Shown piece by piece: positions 37,218 to 49,000 of a stretch of 64,000 nt of DNA (its first letter is position 1; each line of letters begins with the position of its first letter). A model generated the notes under the pieces. It saw nothing but the letters and a program-made list of their open reading frames with translations. It was not told the origin of the DNA and ran no database searches. Origin of the DNA: Heteronotia binoei (lineage: Eukaryota). The position numbers and the translations under genes were made by a program. Location of the stretch: positions 3,472,001 to 3,536,000 of the forward strand of contig NC_083240.1 of NCBI RefSeq assembly GCF_032191835.1, read 5' to 3'.

Positions 37218-38266
37218 GTAGGTGCATTTCCTCGCCAGTTCTCCGGAGGGGGTCTCCCAAGGAGGTGGGCGCAGGGACGGTGGAAGAGGAAGCCAGCCCC
37301 CAGGGCGCGGAGAGTGCCGGCTCCTCTCTTGGAAGCCTCCCCCCGAGGCCAGGTGGGCTGGCATGCAGGGGAGCTGGCGTTGCCTTCAGTGTGGAAGGGC
37401 CCTTCCTAGATGCTTTGGGTGGCCTGCAGTCGCAGACCCAGGTGGCAGTGCTGGGCAGGCTTCCTCGGGAGTAAGCCCCTGGAATTGCCTTCTGGGCCAG
37501 CAGGGGCAGGATCCAGCCACAACGGGATTCCCAAGGCATTGAGCCCTAGAGGAGGAGGAGGAGAAGAAGGAGAAGATGATGATGATATTGGATTTATATC
37601 CCGCCCTCCACTCCGAAGAGTCTCAGGCTCCCAATCTCCTTTCCCTTCCTCCCCCATAACAGACACCCTGTGAGGTAAGAACATAAGAACATAAGAGAAG
37701 CCATGTTGGATCAGGCCAACGGCCCATCAAGTCCAACACTCTGTGTCACACAGTGGCAAAAAATTTTATATACACAAATACACTGTGGCTAATAGCCACT
37801 GATGGACCTGTGCTCCATATTTTATCTATAGCTCCATATTTTTATCTAGATGAAGATATTGGATTTATATCCCGCCCTCCACTCTGAAGAGTCTCAGAGT
37901 GGCTCACAATCTCCTTTACCTCCCCCTCCCACAACAGACACCCTGCGAGGTAGATGCAGATATTGGATTTATATCTCACCCTCCAGTCCAAAGAGTCTCA
38001 GAGCGGCTCACAAACTCCTTTACCTCCCCCACCCCCCACAACAGACACCCTGTGAGGTAGATGAAGATATTGGATTTATATCCCGCCACTCCACTCAGAG
38101 GGGCTCCCAATCTCCTTTACCTTTCTCCCCCACAACAGACACCCTGTGAGGTGGGTGGGGCTGAGAGGGCTCTCACAGCAGCCCAGATAAGTAGTGGCGG
38201 TCAAGGGGGCAAGACTTTGGGGTCACACCCAGCTCTGTGTTTTTCTTTCCAAGGTGCAGGTGAACG

Positions 38267-38306
38267 ATGACCACACTCACCCGGCAGGACCTCAACTTTG
38301 GCCAAG
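38267..38306 (+). CDS. MAD2L2: MAD2L2/REV7 coding exon 1 (40 nt)
   Basis: Acceptor ttccaag| at 38253/38254, ATG at 38267, MTTLTRQDLNFGQ, donor G|gtaagg. Confidence 0.96.
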
Positions 38307-38751
38307 GTAAGGAGAGGAATGTCTTTCCTCTCTTGTAGGCGCTGAGCTGGGCTTGCATCCTTGGAAGCATGATAAGACCCGACTGACTTCCATTTTTCGG
38401 GGGGGTCTGTCTGCCTCCTCCCAAACAGAGAGCCACCACCAGATGGCTGATTTTTGCACAGCCACGGAAATTTTACACAGACACGGGAAGTGCGCTTTCC
38501 AGGCAGGGACTGAGAAATGGCAGCTGCCAAAATCCCTTCTCTGAGTTAGCTGATAACAGCAAAAGGGGCTTGGGCCTGTTTTGACCAAGGAAGGTGCCTC
38601 CTTTTCAGAAAGAGAAAATAAATTTACAGTGGAAGAGATGGGGAAACCTGCTGCCCTTGGCAGAAAAGGAACCTCTCTTGTGATTTGTTCACATTGGAGT
38701 GTAGTTGCATCTTAGAGACCAACAAGGTTTTTGAGGGTAGTGTCAGGTGGG

Positions 38752-38990
38752 CTCTTAAGTCTGAGTCCAGGGGCACCTTTTAGACCGACAAAGTTTTATT
38801 CAAGGTATAAACTTTCATGTGCACGCACATTTCCTCAGGCCACTATATCTGAGGTAGTGTGCGTGTGCACAAAAGCTTGTTCCTTGAATAAAACTTTGCT
38901 GGTCTCAAAGGTAGGAGCTTGCGGGAGTCAAGATAGATGCAGAAGCTCTTACTGATCTCCAAAATGTGCCTGGACTCAGATCTAAGTGGT
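38752..38990. mobile_element. Nested inverted repeat of Penelope-like termini in the MAD2L2 intron after the first coding exon
   Basis: Inner arms at about 38775-38840 and 38850-38912; outer arms cttaagtctgagtccaggggcac and gtgcctggactcagatctaag. Confidence 0.65.
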
Positions 38991-39558
38991 GTACTACAGA
39001 GCAGCACAGCTACCCGCTGAAACTTCCCGTGAGATTTGGCACTCCTTGTCCCATAAACAGCTGCTCAATTCAGATCCATGTCCGAATTAGGAAGGGGCCC
39101 TTGTCTCTGATGTGCATTATAAATTGCTTTGAGTTTTATCAAGAAAAGAGGACTCTGAAGAATAGAAATAAAAATCAACATTCTTCTCCACCCCTCATCC
39201 CCTAATGCGCTTGAATCAAAATATCTTCTCCCAAAATACCCTTAACTTTCAGCTTCCCAGATTAATATTTTCCATTAAAATAAGCTCCTACCAATCAAAG
39301 AATTCATTGGTTTACTCTCTTGATCAAACAGATTAATAGCATAATTATATTTGTTTACGCAGAAGTGACTTCCTGAATTCAGTGGGACTTACTCCTGAGG
39401 GAGCACGCACAAAATTGCAGCTTCAGAAAGCCTGGCTCAAATTTCAGTTTTTGCAATAGATGGTGTTTTCCAAGTGCCCCAAGACAGGTGTTTTTTTTCC
39501 TCCACCTGTTTCCTTCCAGCCATTAATTCAATCCCCCTTCCCCCTTTCCTTTCTTCAG

Positions 39559-39677
39559 TTGTTGCTGATGTGCTTTCTGAATTTTTGGAAGTGGCCGTAC
39601 ACCTCATTCTTTATGTCCGGGAAGTCTACCCCACTGGGATTTTCCAAAAGAGGAAAAAATACAACATACCTGTCCAG
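39559..39677 (+). CDS. MAD2L2: MAD2L2 coding exon 2 (119 nt)
   Basis: ttcttcag|TT...CAG|gtgaga. Encodes [40 protein letters not shown]. Confidence 0.97.
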
Positions 39678-39807
39678 GTGAGAGCAAGACCTGGCTTTCA
39701 AGGAACTACCTGGCTTGTTAGCACGTATCCGAGAGCAGGAATTCTTCAATATAGACTATTATTATTCACAAATAGTAATAATGTGATTTCCAACTCTGTT
39801 TGAACAG

Positions 39808-39879
39808 ATGTCTTGCCACCCAGAGTTGAATCAATACATCCAAGACACCCTTCATTGTATCAAACCACTGCTGGAAAAG
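39808..39879 (+). CDS. MAD2L2: MAD2L2 coding exon 3 (72 nt)
   Basis: tgaacag|ATG...AAG|gtgagt. Encodes [24 protein letters not shown]. Confidence 0.97.
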
Positions 39880-40522
39880 GTGAGTCTCTAAAACCTAAAT
39901 GATGCAAAATTGAATTATTTGAGAGGGCCTTTCTGCGCCGGTGATATGGTTGCCTCGCAGAAAATGGTTTTACAAACTCGTTTGGATAAACAATTAAGGA
40001 GAGTGGTCTGCATTGCTATTGTAAGTAGGATTCTATTTGTGTAATTTCTGTTCCACTCATGTGAATGCTGAGATGCTATGCTTCAGTCTTGGTGTAGTGG
40101 TTAAGTGTGTGGTCTTTTATCTGGGAGAACGGGGTTTGATACCCCACTCCTCCACTTGTACCTGCTGAGATGGCCTTGGGTCAGCCATAGGTTTCATAGA
40201 AGCTGTCCTTGAAAGGGCAGCTGCTGTAAAAGCACTCTCAGCCCCACCTACCTCATAGGGTGTTTGTTGTGTGGGGGGGAGGTAGAGGAGATTGTGACCG
40301 CTCTGAGATTCAGAATATAGGGTGGGATATAAATCCAAAATCATCTTCTTCTGGAGGGTCCAAACATCTAAAATCCTAATGGTTTAGATTATGAATGTCC
40401 CTTGTTGTTAATTGTTCTGACTTTGTCTTGAGTCCCTTTGAGAAAGACGGATTATGAATAATGTAAACTGTTTAAAACTGTCAAATAGAATTGGGGGAAG
40501 AAAATCTATGCTTCCATTTCAG

Positions 40523-40623
40523 AACGACGTGGAAAAAGTCGTGGTGGTCATCCTGGACAAAGAGCACCATCCGGTGGAGAGGTTTGTGTTCGAAATCACG
40601 CAGCCCCCTTTGCTGTCGATCAG
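40523..40623 (+). CDS. MAD2L2: MAD2L2 coding exon 4 (101 nt)
   Basis: catttcag|AAC...AG|gtgagg. Encodes [34 protein letters not shown]. Confidence 0.97.
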
Positions 40624-41147
40624 GTGAGGAGACGCTGGAACTGTGCACCTTTTACTTGCCTCAGACTTTATGGGATGACTTGCAGAACCTCACTCGATTG
40701 GAGCGGTTTGCTGTGACTCATGGAAACTTTGCCCGGCGATTGGCTAAAGGCAAATAAGGTTAGGAAACCCTGCCAGAGGCTGTGCTTCACCTTGAGGCTG
40801 TTCATGTGCTTTGTGTGAACAGGAAAGTTGTGAAAGCCACTCCATACATTAGTTTGCTCTGGGGCCATTTTATCTACACTGAGACAAAAATATATGAGCC
40901 AGAGGCTAAAAAACTGTGGGCTGGCTCACGCTAACTCATCTTAGAGGGAACGCTGGTGTAGGGGTACAAGCTGATGACCCAAAGCTGCCCTCCAAGTAAC
41001 TGATATGGGCCGCAGTGGCCCTTGGGGGAAGAAATTCAGGGACTACATTGGAAACCTCATCTCTCTTTAAATGCAAACCTTCAAATATCTGCAAGTTGCC
41101 GAAAGCTGCAAGGATGCAGCTGAGTCTATGTAGAAAAAGATACGTTT

Positions 41148-41207
41148 GTGACCAGCGGTGTCATGTGACCAGCGGCGTCATGTGACCAGCGGCGTCATGT
41201 GACCAGC
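41148..41207. repeat. 17-bp tandem repeat, 3.5 copies
   Basis: Unit gtgaccagcggcgtcat. Confidence 0.9.
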
Positions 41208-41301
41208 CCCGTCTGGCTCCACTTTCAGCTGGGGTTCAGTGGCAACCCACTGCCAGGATTGTCCTGCTTCAGGCAGGCCTCCATGGGTAAACACTCTCCT
41301 G

Positions 41302-41483
41302 CAGGGGTGGAATTCTAGCAGAAGCTCCTTTGCATATTAGGCCACACACCCCTGAAGTAGCCAATCCTCCTGAAGCTTACAGAATGCCCTGTATTAAGAG
41401 CCCTGTAAGCTCCAGGAGGATTTGCTAGATCAGGGGTGTGTGGTCTAATATGCAAAAGAGCTCCTGTTAGAATCCCACCCCTG
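41302..41483. mobile_element. Palindromic hAT MITE
   Basis: Near end-to-end inverted repeat, caggggtggaattcta...tagaatcccacccctg, with exact 8-bp TSD ctctcctg (41294-41301 and 41484-41491). Family members at about 2270-2450, 29066-29240, 30550-30660 and 55776-55886. Confidence 0.85.
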
Positions 41484-41859
41484 CTCTCCTGTACTGAAAG
41501 AACAAAACTATATCCATGTCCATCAAAAACGTAGCACGTCAAGGACTGGAAGCCTGCCTTCCTCATTTTCTAGTTTTCTATGTGCAAGGCCTTTTAAACA
41601 AGGAGCTTTATGTTAGGAATGCCCCGAGCTGTGCAGAGTTTTAGTCCAGACACAAGTCGGACCACTTTGGTAAGAAGGCGGCCCTGCTTTTATATACATG
41701 CTCAGCACTGCACCAGACTAAAATTCCCGTGTTTCTCCTCATTTTGTAAGAGAATAAGAAGGGCGCTTGTCCCGTCAAGAGTTTACCAGCTGCCGTAACT
41801 GACTGTGTGAATGTGTTACTGTCTCTGATTGACATCTGCCTCCTTTCTTCCCCCCCCAG

Positions 41860-41954
41860 CTCTGATTCCCTTCTGAACCACGTGGAACAACTGCTGCGTG
41901 CTTTTATTCTGAAGATCAGCGTGTGTGATGCAGTTCTGGATAACAACCCACCAG
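41860..41954 (+). CDS. MAD2L2: MAD2L2 coding exon 5 (95 nt)
   Basis: cccccag|C...CCAG|gtcagt. Encodes [32 protein letters not shown]. Confidence 0.97.
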
Positions 41955-43001
41955 GTCAGTCAGCAGGAGGGAGATTCTAGCTGCCTTGCTGAGGTTTCTA
42001 GCTTTTCCTTTCTCCTCAAAGTGGTGGTAGGTAGCTGTGGCTGACACCCAATGCATCTTATTAAAAATGGAGCTGAATAGCAGGGGTTTTGTTTGTTGCT
42101 CCCCTGTCCTGCTAGCCCTCATTGGCCAGGGCACTGGTGATGTCATGGAATGTTCACAGCCACTCAAAACCAAACAGTCTTTTGTCCGGAAGGAAGGTTG
42201 CAAGGGTACATATACAATTATGGTATGGAGCCTTTTTTTAAAAAAAGGAAGTGTTCAGTCCAGAGAGAACCCTAAATGAATACGAGCCTTCTCTATTGCG
42301 GCCCCCCACTGGTGGAACCAACTCCCTGATGATGTTAGAGCCTTGCGGGACCTTGCCCAATTCCACAAGGCTTGTAAAACAACACTTTTTCGAATGGCCT
42401 TCAGCTAAAGTACAAAGCTGTTTAACATCATGGTATGGAACTTAGCACCAAAACGGTTTACAGATTGTTCAATATTTAAAGTGCAATTGTTAATGTTAAT
42501 TGATCTTACTGTAATTGTCTTTAGTGTTTTACAGTTTTATTGTGGATATTTAATGTTGTTAGCCGCCCTGAGCCTACTTCGGCGGGGAGGGCGGGACATA
42601 AATGCGAAAGATAAATAAATAAATACATGTGCAGTTTTGAAACGAAAGAACCCCCTACGTTTTGCATCAAGGAAACTGTGTGTACCTAAAGAGGAATACC
42701 TAGCATGAGATGGATTTTTTCAACCAAGGAAGCCACAAAGGCCCCCCACTTTGCAAGACCTGAGCCAGGCTGTTCAGGACGGGACATTTGGAGACCATTA
42801 ATTCATAGGGCTGCCAGAAGTTGGAAGCAGCTTGAGAGCCCTGGACTCACACACACACACACACACACACGCACACACACACACGTGAACCACTTGCTTC
42901 ATAGCCTATTCAAGTTGCATGCAGGGAAAGCCCATGTTGAACCTTGCTCCAAATACTAAATTATTCTCCTTCCGCTTTACTGCTTAATTTAATTGTTTAA
43001 T

Positions 43002-43700
43002 AAGAACATAAGAGAAGTCATGTTGGATCAGGCCAATGGCCCATCCAATCCAACACTCTGTGTCACACAGGGGCCAAAAAACCAGGTGCCATCAGGAGGT
43101 CCACCAGTGGGGCCTGGACACTAGAAGCCCTCTCACTGTGCCCCCCCCCCAAGCACCAAGAATACAGAGCATTACTCGCCTCAGACATAAGAGAAGCCAT
43201 GTTGGATCAGGCCAATGGCCTACCCAGACCAACACTCTGTCACACAGTAGCCAAAAAACCAGGTGCCATCAGGAGGTCCACCAGTGGGGCCTGGACACTA
43301 GAAGCCCTCTCACTGTGCCCCCCCCCCCCAAGCACCAAGAATACAGAGCATTACTTGCCTCAGACATAAGAGAAGCCATGTTGGATGAGGCCAATGGCCC
43401 ATCCAGTCCAACACTCTGTGTCACACAGGGGCCAAAAAACCAGGTGCCATCTGGAGGTCCACCAGTGGGGCCTGGACACTAGAAGCCCTCTCACTGTGCC
43501 CCCCCCCAAGCACCAAGAATACAGAGCATTACTTGCCTCAGGCATAAGAGAAGCCATGTTGGATCAGGCCAATGGCCTACCCAGACCAACACTCTGTCAC
43601 ACAGTAGCCAAAAAACCCAGGTGCCATCAGGAGGTCCACCAGTGGGGCCTGGACACTAGAAGCCCTCCCACTGTGCCCCCCCCCAAGAATACAGAGCCAG
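43002..43700 (-). repeat. Four tandem ~179-bp CR1 3' ends
   Basis: Units at 43007, 43186, 43365 and 43543; alternating A/B variants. Confidence 0.85.
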
Positions 43701-43989
43701 GTGTGTAGGTCCAGAAACTGCCCTTGTGCTTTCCCTCCCCCCAACTCCAAACTTAATGTTTTCCCTATGGAAGTGGTAAAACATCTAGTGGGAGTTGCAG
43801 TGGCAATGACCAGTTTACTGCCTGTCACACAGAGCTGAAGGAGTAAAGCATGGGTATTGTCCCCCAAAGGGGCACCCACAAGTTTCCCTGCATTTTGGAT
43901 GCTGTGGGACACAGAGTGTTGGGCTGGATGGACCATTGGCCTGATTCAACGTGGCTTCTCTTATAACTCCCCCCGCCCTTCCTTTGCAG

Positions 43990-44063
43990 GCTGCACTTTC
44001 ACAGTCTTAGTCCACACCAGAGAAGCTGCCACCCGGAACATGGAAAAGATCCAGGTTATTAAG
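43990..44063 (+). CDS. MAD2L2: MAD2L2 coding exon 6 (74 nt)
   Basis: ctttgcag|GC...AAG|gtagga. Encodes [24 protein letters not shown]. Confidence 0.97.
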
Positions 44064-44348
44064 GTAGGAGCACACAAGAAAATCGCAGGACCCGCAAAGG
44101 TTCATACAGTTGACCTCTTCAGAAGTAGATCGGCTTCTGGTTATCCTGAACAGCCAAGATAATCTACCGGTTCTTTATCTTATTTCAATCGATTCCTTCT
44201 TGTCCTGTAAATGCTGAACAGGATGACTGGGGGGGTGTCTTCCTTTCCTCCCAGCCTCTTCTTTTGAAGGTCTTTTTGTGTGGCTGAAAAGCATTAGCCT
44301 GTTCCCTTTCCTTCAAAGCCCATGATGCAATTGCACCACAAAGTCGGC

Positions 44349-44690
44349 GTGGCTTAGAAGGAGGCAGAACCAGAGGAGGTGTGGCTTAGCAGGAGGCAGA
44401 ACCAGAGGGGGTGTGGCTTAGCAGGAGGCAGAACCAGAGGGGGTGTGGCTTAGCAGGAGGCAGAACCAGAGTGGGTGTGGCTTAAAAGGAGTCAGAACCA
44501 GAGTGGGTGTGGCTTAGCAGGAGGCAAAACCAGAGTGGGTGTGGCTTAGCAGGAGGTAGAACTAGAGGAGGTGTGGCTTAGCAGGAGTCAAAACCAGAGT
44601 GGGTGTGGCTTAGCAGGAGGCAAAACCAGAGTGGGTGTGGCTTAGCAGGAGGCAGAACCAGAGGAGGTGTGGCTTAGCAGGAGACAGAGG
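44349..44690. repeat. 32-bp minisatellite, about 11 copies
   Basis: Unit gtggcttagcaggaggcagaaccagaggRggt, with starts every 32 bp from 44349 to 44669. Confidence 0.95.
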
Positions 44691-45185
44691 TTGTTTCTGC
44701 CACTTCTCCCAGCCTGTACCAATCTAGACTGTAAATCATGGCTGCAAGTGAGCCTTGCCAGATCTTTGGTACATCAGCTAAACCTCCACTTGGTGCATCT
44801 CACTGGCCAAACTGTCCTGTACAAGGTGGGGATGGGTGGTGGTCATTCTTGCCCCCTCGATGATCGAGTTCTCTGTTGGATGCTCTTTCTTTCTCTTCTG
44901 CGCTTTCATCTTTCTGGATTTCACTGCTGGCCTAACAAGAGGGGCAGAGGGAACAAGTTTCTCAGTCTCGTCTCTCCCACAAACTCACTCAGTGGCCTTG
45001 TAAGAGCGTGGCCAAGCATGGGGCGGTGGGTAGAGAGGGGGGAGACACAGATTCATTGCTGTTCAGCCATAAAGCTCACTGGCAGAAGTCCCTCCCAGTC
45101 TTAACTCACGAGAGAGGTGTTTCTTAGCCTAATCGTATCTCGTGGGGTCATGGTGAAGACAAAATGGTTTGGTGAAGAGACTTGG

Positions 45186-45398
45186 GGGAGGGACGGTGGC
45201 TCAGTGGTAGAGCATCTGCTTGGGAAGCAGAAGGTCCCAGGTTCAATCCTTGGCATCTCCAAAAAAGGGTCCAGGCAAATAGGTGTGAAAAACCTCAGCT
45301 TGAGACCCTGGAGAGCCGCTGCCAGTCTGAGGAGACAATACTGACTTTGATGGACCAAGTGTCTGATTCAGTAGAAGGCAGCTTCATATGTTCATATG
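45186..45398 (+). mobile_element. tRNA-Ala-derived SINE with a CR1-like tail (possibly Squam2-like)
   Basis: Head gtggctcagtggtagagcatctgcttg...ggttcaatccttggcatctcca with A and B boxes; tail cagcttcatatgttcatatg. Other copies at about 1553-1680, 15095-15180, 30050-30240 and 55600-55775. Confidence 0.75.
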
Positions 45399-45639
45399 AC
45401 TTGTCCAAGCTGGCTGGCAGGTGGTAGGGGCTTGAAGAGCCATGCAGTATATGTGAAAGAACCGCAGTTTGGCCACCTGTCATAGACAAAACTTCCATAT
45501 TGCACAATTCCGTAAACGCCATTCATGCACACTCTCACCTACCAAGGATGCGGTTGTGGCGTGCAGAGGGATCAAAGGGGTTCCGTGGGTGTGTGAACCA
45601 GCCTGGTGTGACCAAACCCATTTGCTTCCTCACCCACAG

Positions 45640-45732
45640 GACTTCCCCTGGATCTTAGCAGACGAACAAGACGTCCACATGCAAGACCCGCGGCTGATCC
45701 CGTTGAAGACTATGACGTCGGATATTTTGAAG
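45640..45732 (+). CDS. MAD2L2: MAD2L2 coding exon 7 (93 nt)
   Basis: cccacag|GAC...AAG|gtgagc. Encodes [31 protein letters not shown]. Confidence 0.97.
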
Positions 45733-46431
45733 GTGAGCAAAAAGGTGGCCTCTTTAGGAGAGCAGGGGGGTGTCCCCTGGGGCGGTGGGTAACTGTGCTG
45801 TCCAGGCTTGACTCCCTACACCTGGGAAACTGAGGGATACCTGGAGGTGGGATGCAGTCGGAGGGTGTCAGTGCCACTGTTGGAAGAACACACTAGAGTG
45901 AGATAGCACAGCAGGCCTTGCAGATGATGTAGCTGGCAGTGGCATGGGATTGGTGGCCTGTGATCACCTGATTACCAAGAACAGGAGGATTCTGGGTGAA
46001 GGAGTTGGACGATACTGGATTGATTTTTTTTTAATTAGCTCACAGAAATTTGGCTGATTAAGGCAAGGAAGTGTACCAAGTACACAGGACGGTGTGATTA
46101 GAAAAGCCACACGTGGGAGAGGAGTGTATAATGCCCACATTTACGTCAGCATGCTGTTTTATGTTTACATCTCTGATTCACAAAGTGTGGCACGGTGCCA
46201 AACTTAAACCAGTCTGAGCCAACTTGGGTCTGTTTTTGTACTGGCTACTTGTAACTTGGTAATGTGTGGGAAAGGGGATTTTAGTAGACCACTGATGTTC
46301 CCCCCTCCCTTCCGTATTTGGACACCTGATCAGCCCCCCCCCCCTTCTGAAATTCCCACCAGCCAAACCAGCCCTCTTTTTAATCTCATCTCTGCATTTC
46401 TTGGATATCCTTGCTAAATATCACTTGAACG

Positions 46432-47530
46432 TAAGAACATAAGAGAAGCCATGTTGGATCAGGCCAGTGGCCCATCCAGTCCAACACTCTGTGTCACATA
46501 AGAACATAAGAGAAGCCCTGTTGGATCAGGCCAGTGGCCCATCCAGTCCAACACTCTGTGTCACATAAGAACATAAGAGAAGCCCTGTTGGATCAGGCCA
46601 ATGGCCCACCCAGTCCAACACTCTGTGTCACATAAGAACATAAGAGAAGCCCTGTTGGATCAGGCCAATGGCCCATCCAGTCCAACACTCTGTGTCACAT
46701 AAGAACATAAGAGAAGCCCTGTTGGATCAGGCCAATGGCCCACCCAGTCCAACACTCTGTGTCACATAAGAACATAAGAGAAGCCCTGTTGGATCAGGCC
46801 AACACTCTGTGTCACATAAGAACATAAGAGAAGCCACGTTGGATCAGGCCAGTGGCCCATCCATCCAACACTCTGTGTCACACAGTGGCCAAAAAACCCA
46901 AGTGCCATCAAGAGGTCCATCAGTGGGGCTAGAAGCCCTTCCACTGTGCCCCTCAAGCACAAGAATACAGAGCATCACTGCCCCAGACAGAAAGTTTCAA
47001 CAATAAGCTGTGGCTAGTAGCCACTGATGAACTTCTGCTCCAGATGCTTATCCATTCCCCTCTTGAAGCTGTCTTTGCTTGTAGCCGCCACCGCCTCCTG
47101 TGGCAGTGAATTCCACATGTTAATCAGCCTTTGGGTGAAGAAGTACTTCCTTTTATCAGTTCTAACCCGACTGCTCAGCAATTTAATTGAATGCCGAGTT
47201 CTCTAAGAAAGGGAGAAAAGTATTTCTTTCTGTACCTTCTCTATCCCATGCATAATCTTGTAAACCTCTATGTCACCTTTTAGTCGACGTTTCTCCACAC
47301 TAAAGAGCTCCAAGCGTTTTAACCTTCATAGGGAAAGTGTTCCAAAACTTTAATCATTCTAGTTGCCCTTTTCTGGACTTTTTCCAGTGCTATAATATCC
47401 TTTTTGAGGTGCGGTGACCATAATTGTACACAGTACTCCAAATGAGGCCGCACCATCGATTTATAAAGGAGCATTATGATACTGGCTGATTTGTTTTCAG
47501 TTTCCTTCCTAATAATTCCCAGCATGGTGT
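46432..47530 (-). mobile_element. 5'-truncated CR1 LINE with about 7 tandem 67-bp 3' ends
   Basis: ORF2 C-terminal relic MLGIIRKETENKSASIIMLLYKSMVRPHLEYCVQLWSPHLKKDIIALEKVQKRATRMI (about 47340-47530). Terminal array at 46432-46890. Confidence 0.9.
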
Positions 47531-48487
47531 AGTTTATCATAGGATCAGATGAATCTGCTCTGGGAGTGAAGGCATTGCAGAGTTCATTTCCCAGTTAAAG
47601 GAGTTCAAGGGCGGGCAAGAATTTTCCTCTGAAAACACGCTGGGGAGGACTCTTATTTCAGTAACAGAATATTTGCAAACAGCAGGTATTAATTCAAGTG
47701 GAGATCACAGTTGCCAGTATAATTTTTGCCATTCACTGGAAAAAAATTATCTTCCAAGATAAAAGGAACAGCTAGATAAGCTGTTTTCTGTATGATTAAA
47801 TAGACAGTTTATTTCAAAAGAAAGTCTTGACGTAACATTGATGTTTGGAGACAAATGGCAAATCAAACGGGCAACTAATTTTGGTTTATTTGAAATGCTT
47901 GAAGGCAGAGTCAGTTTGGTGTAGTAGGTAAGTGCGCGGACTCTGCACAGAGAACTGGGTTTGATTCCCCACTCCTCCACTTGCACCTGCTGGAATGGCC
48001 TTGGGTCAGCCATAGCTCTGGCAGAGGTTGTCCTTGAAAGGGCAGCTGCTGTGAGAGCCCTCTCCAGCCCCACCCACCTCACAGGGTGTCTGTTGTGGGG
48101 GAGGAAGGGAAAGGAGATTGTGAGCTGCTCTGAGACTTTGAGATTCAGGATGGAGGGCGGAATATAAATCCAATGTTGTCGTCTTCAAAGATGAAATTAA
48201 CGATTTATATTCTGCTCACCGAATTGTGAGATAATATACTGTACTGATAGCAAGCTTGTCTCGTTGAATTTTCTGTTGGACACTTCCTGTGTAAAGATTT
48301 TTTAAAGTTACTAAAATATATATCTCTATATATATTTAAAGAGGAAAGATCCTCTTTCTCCCTGAGACTTCTGAGAACTTATTTCTCTTGAATCATACAT
48401 CTGTTCTAGACTGTTGTTCTACGGAGTCTCCTTATTTTGGCTCTTCAACGCAATTTTCAAATTGCCCCTCCCTGGTTTCCTATGCAG

Positions 48488-48529
48488 ATGCAGCTCTATG
48501 TAGAAGAGCGGGCTCAAAAAGGGAGCTGA
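48488..48529 (+). CDS. MAD2L2: MAD2L2 last coding exon (42 nt including TGA)
   Basis: tatgcag|ATG, MQLYVEERAQKGS*. Total CDS 636 nt = 211 aa (HORMA domain). Confidence 0.96.
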   Translation: MQLYVEERAQKGS

Positions 48530-48994
48530 ATCCAACACTTCTTGCAGCGCTGAGATCTGCAAGGGATCAACACGCAAGCAGACTCTGGGGCACCAAGACC
48601 ACACGTGCCGAGACCACCCGCCTCCTCCCAGACACATGCGTGTCGATGTTTTCCAAAAGTGCTCTTACCCTGGTCTGCAGATGAGACTCCTGGAAGAACA
48701 GACTGTATGGCCATCAGTAACTTTGTGCGACTGCGTTTGGGGTGTGTGCATGTGTAACAAGTTTCTAAACCACTCTAAGGACTGCTTTTAAGTGTGGGTG
48801 GAAGGAGGTGCTGTGCTGCATTCTGTGTATTTTGTGAGCCTGAAGGGAACTCATTTATAATCCCTTTCTGGTTCTGAAGTCCCTGTTTGAGGTTCAAAGA
48901 GTCCGTGTCAATTGTGGTTGTCTAGGGGTGTCCACCTGGCCAGAACATGGCTTTTGTTTGGAGCCCTTGGGTGTTGTGCTTGTTCCGCCTAATC

Positions 48995-49000
48995 AATAAA
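48995..49000 (+). terminator. Probable MAD2L2 polyadenylation signal
   Basis: First plus-strand AATAAA I found after the stop, about 465 nt downstream. Confidence 0.65.

Noticed and set aside
41113-41136. atgcagc-tgag-tctatgtagaa resembling the start of the last MAD2L2 exon
   Set aside because: Only 18 matching bases split by an insertion that introduces a stop, with no polypyrimidine acceptor. Probably chance.
45186-45260. tRNA-Ala-like sequence as a real tRNA gene
   Set aside because: It continues directly into a SINE body and tail present in many diverged copies, and the stems are disrupted.
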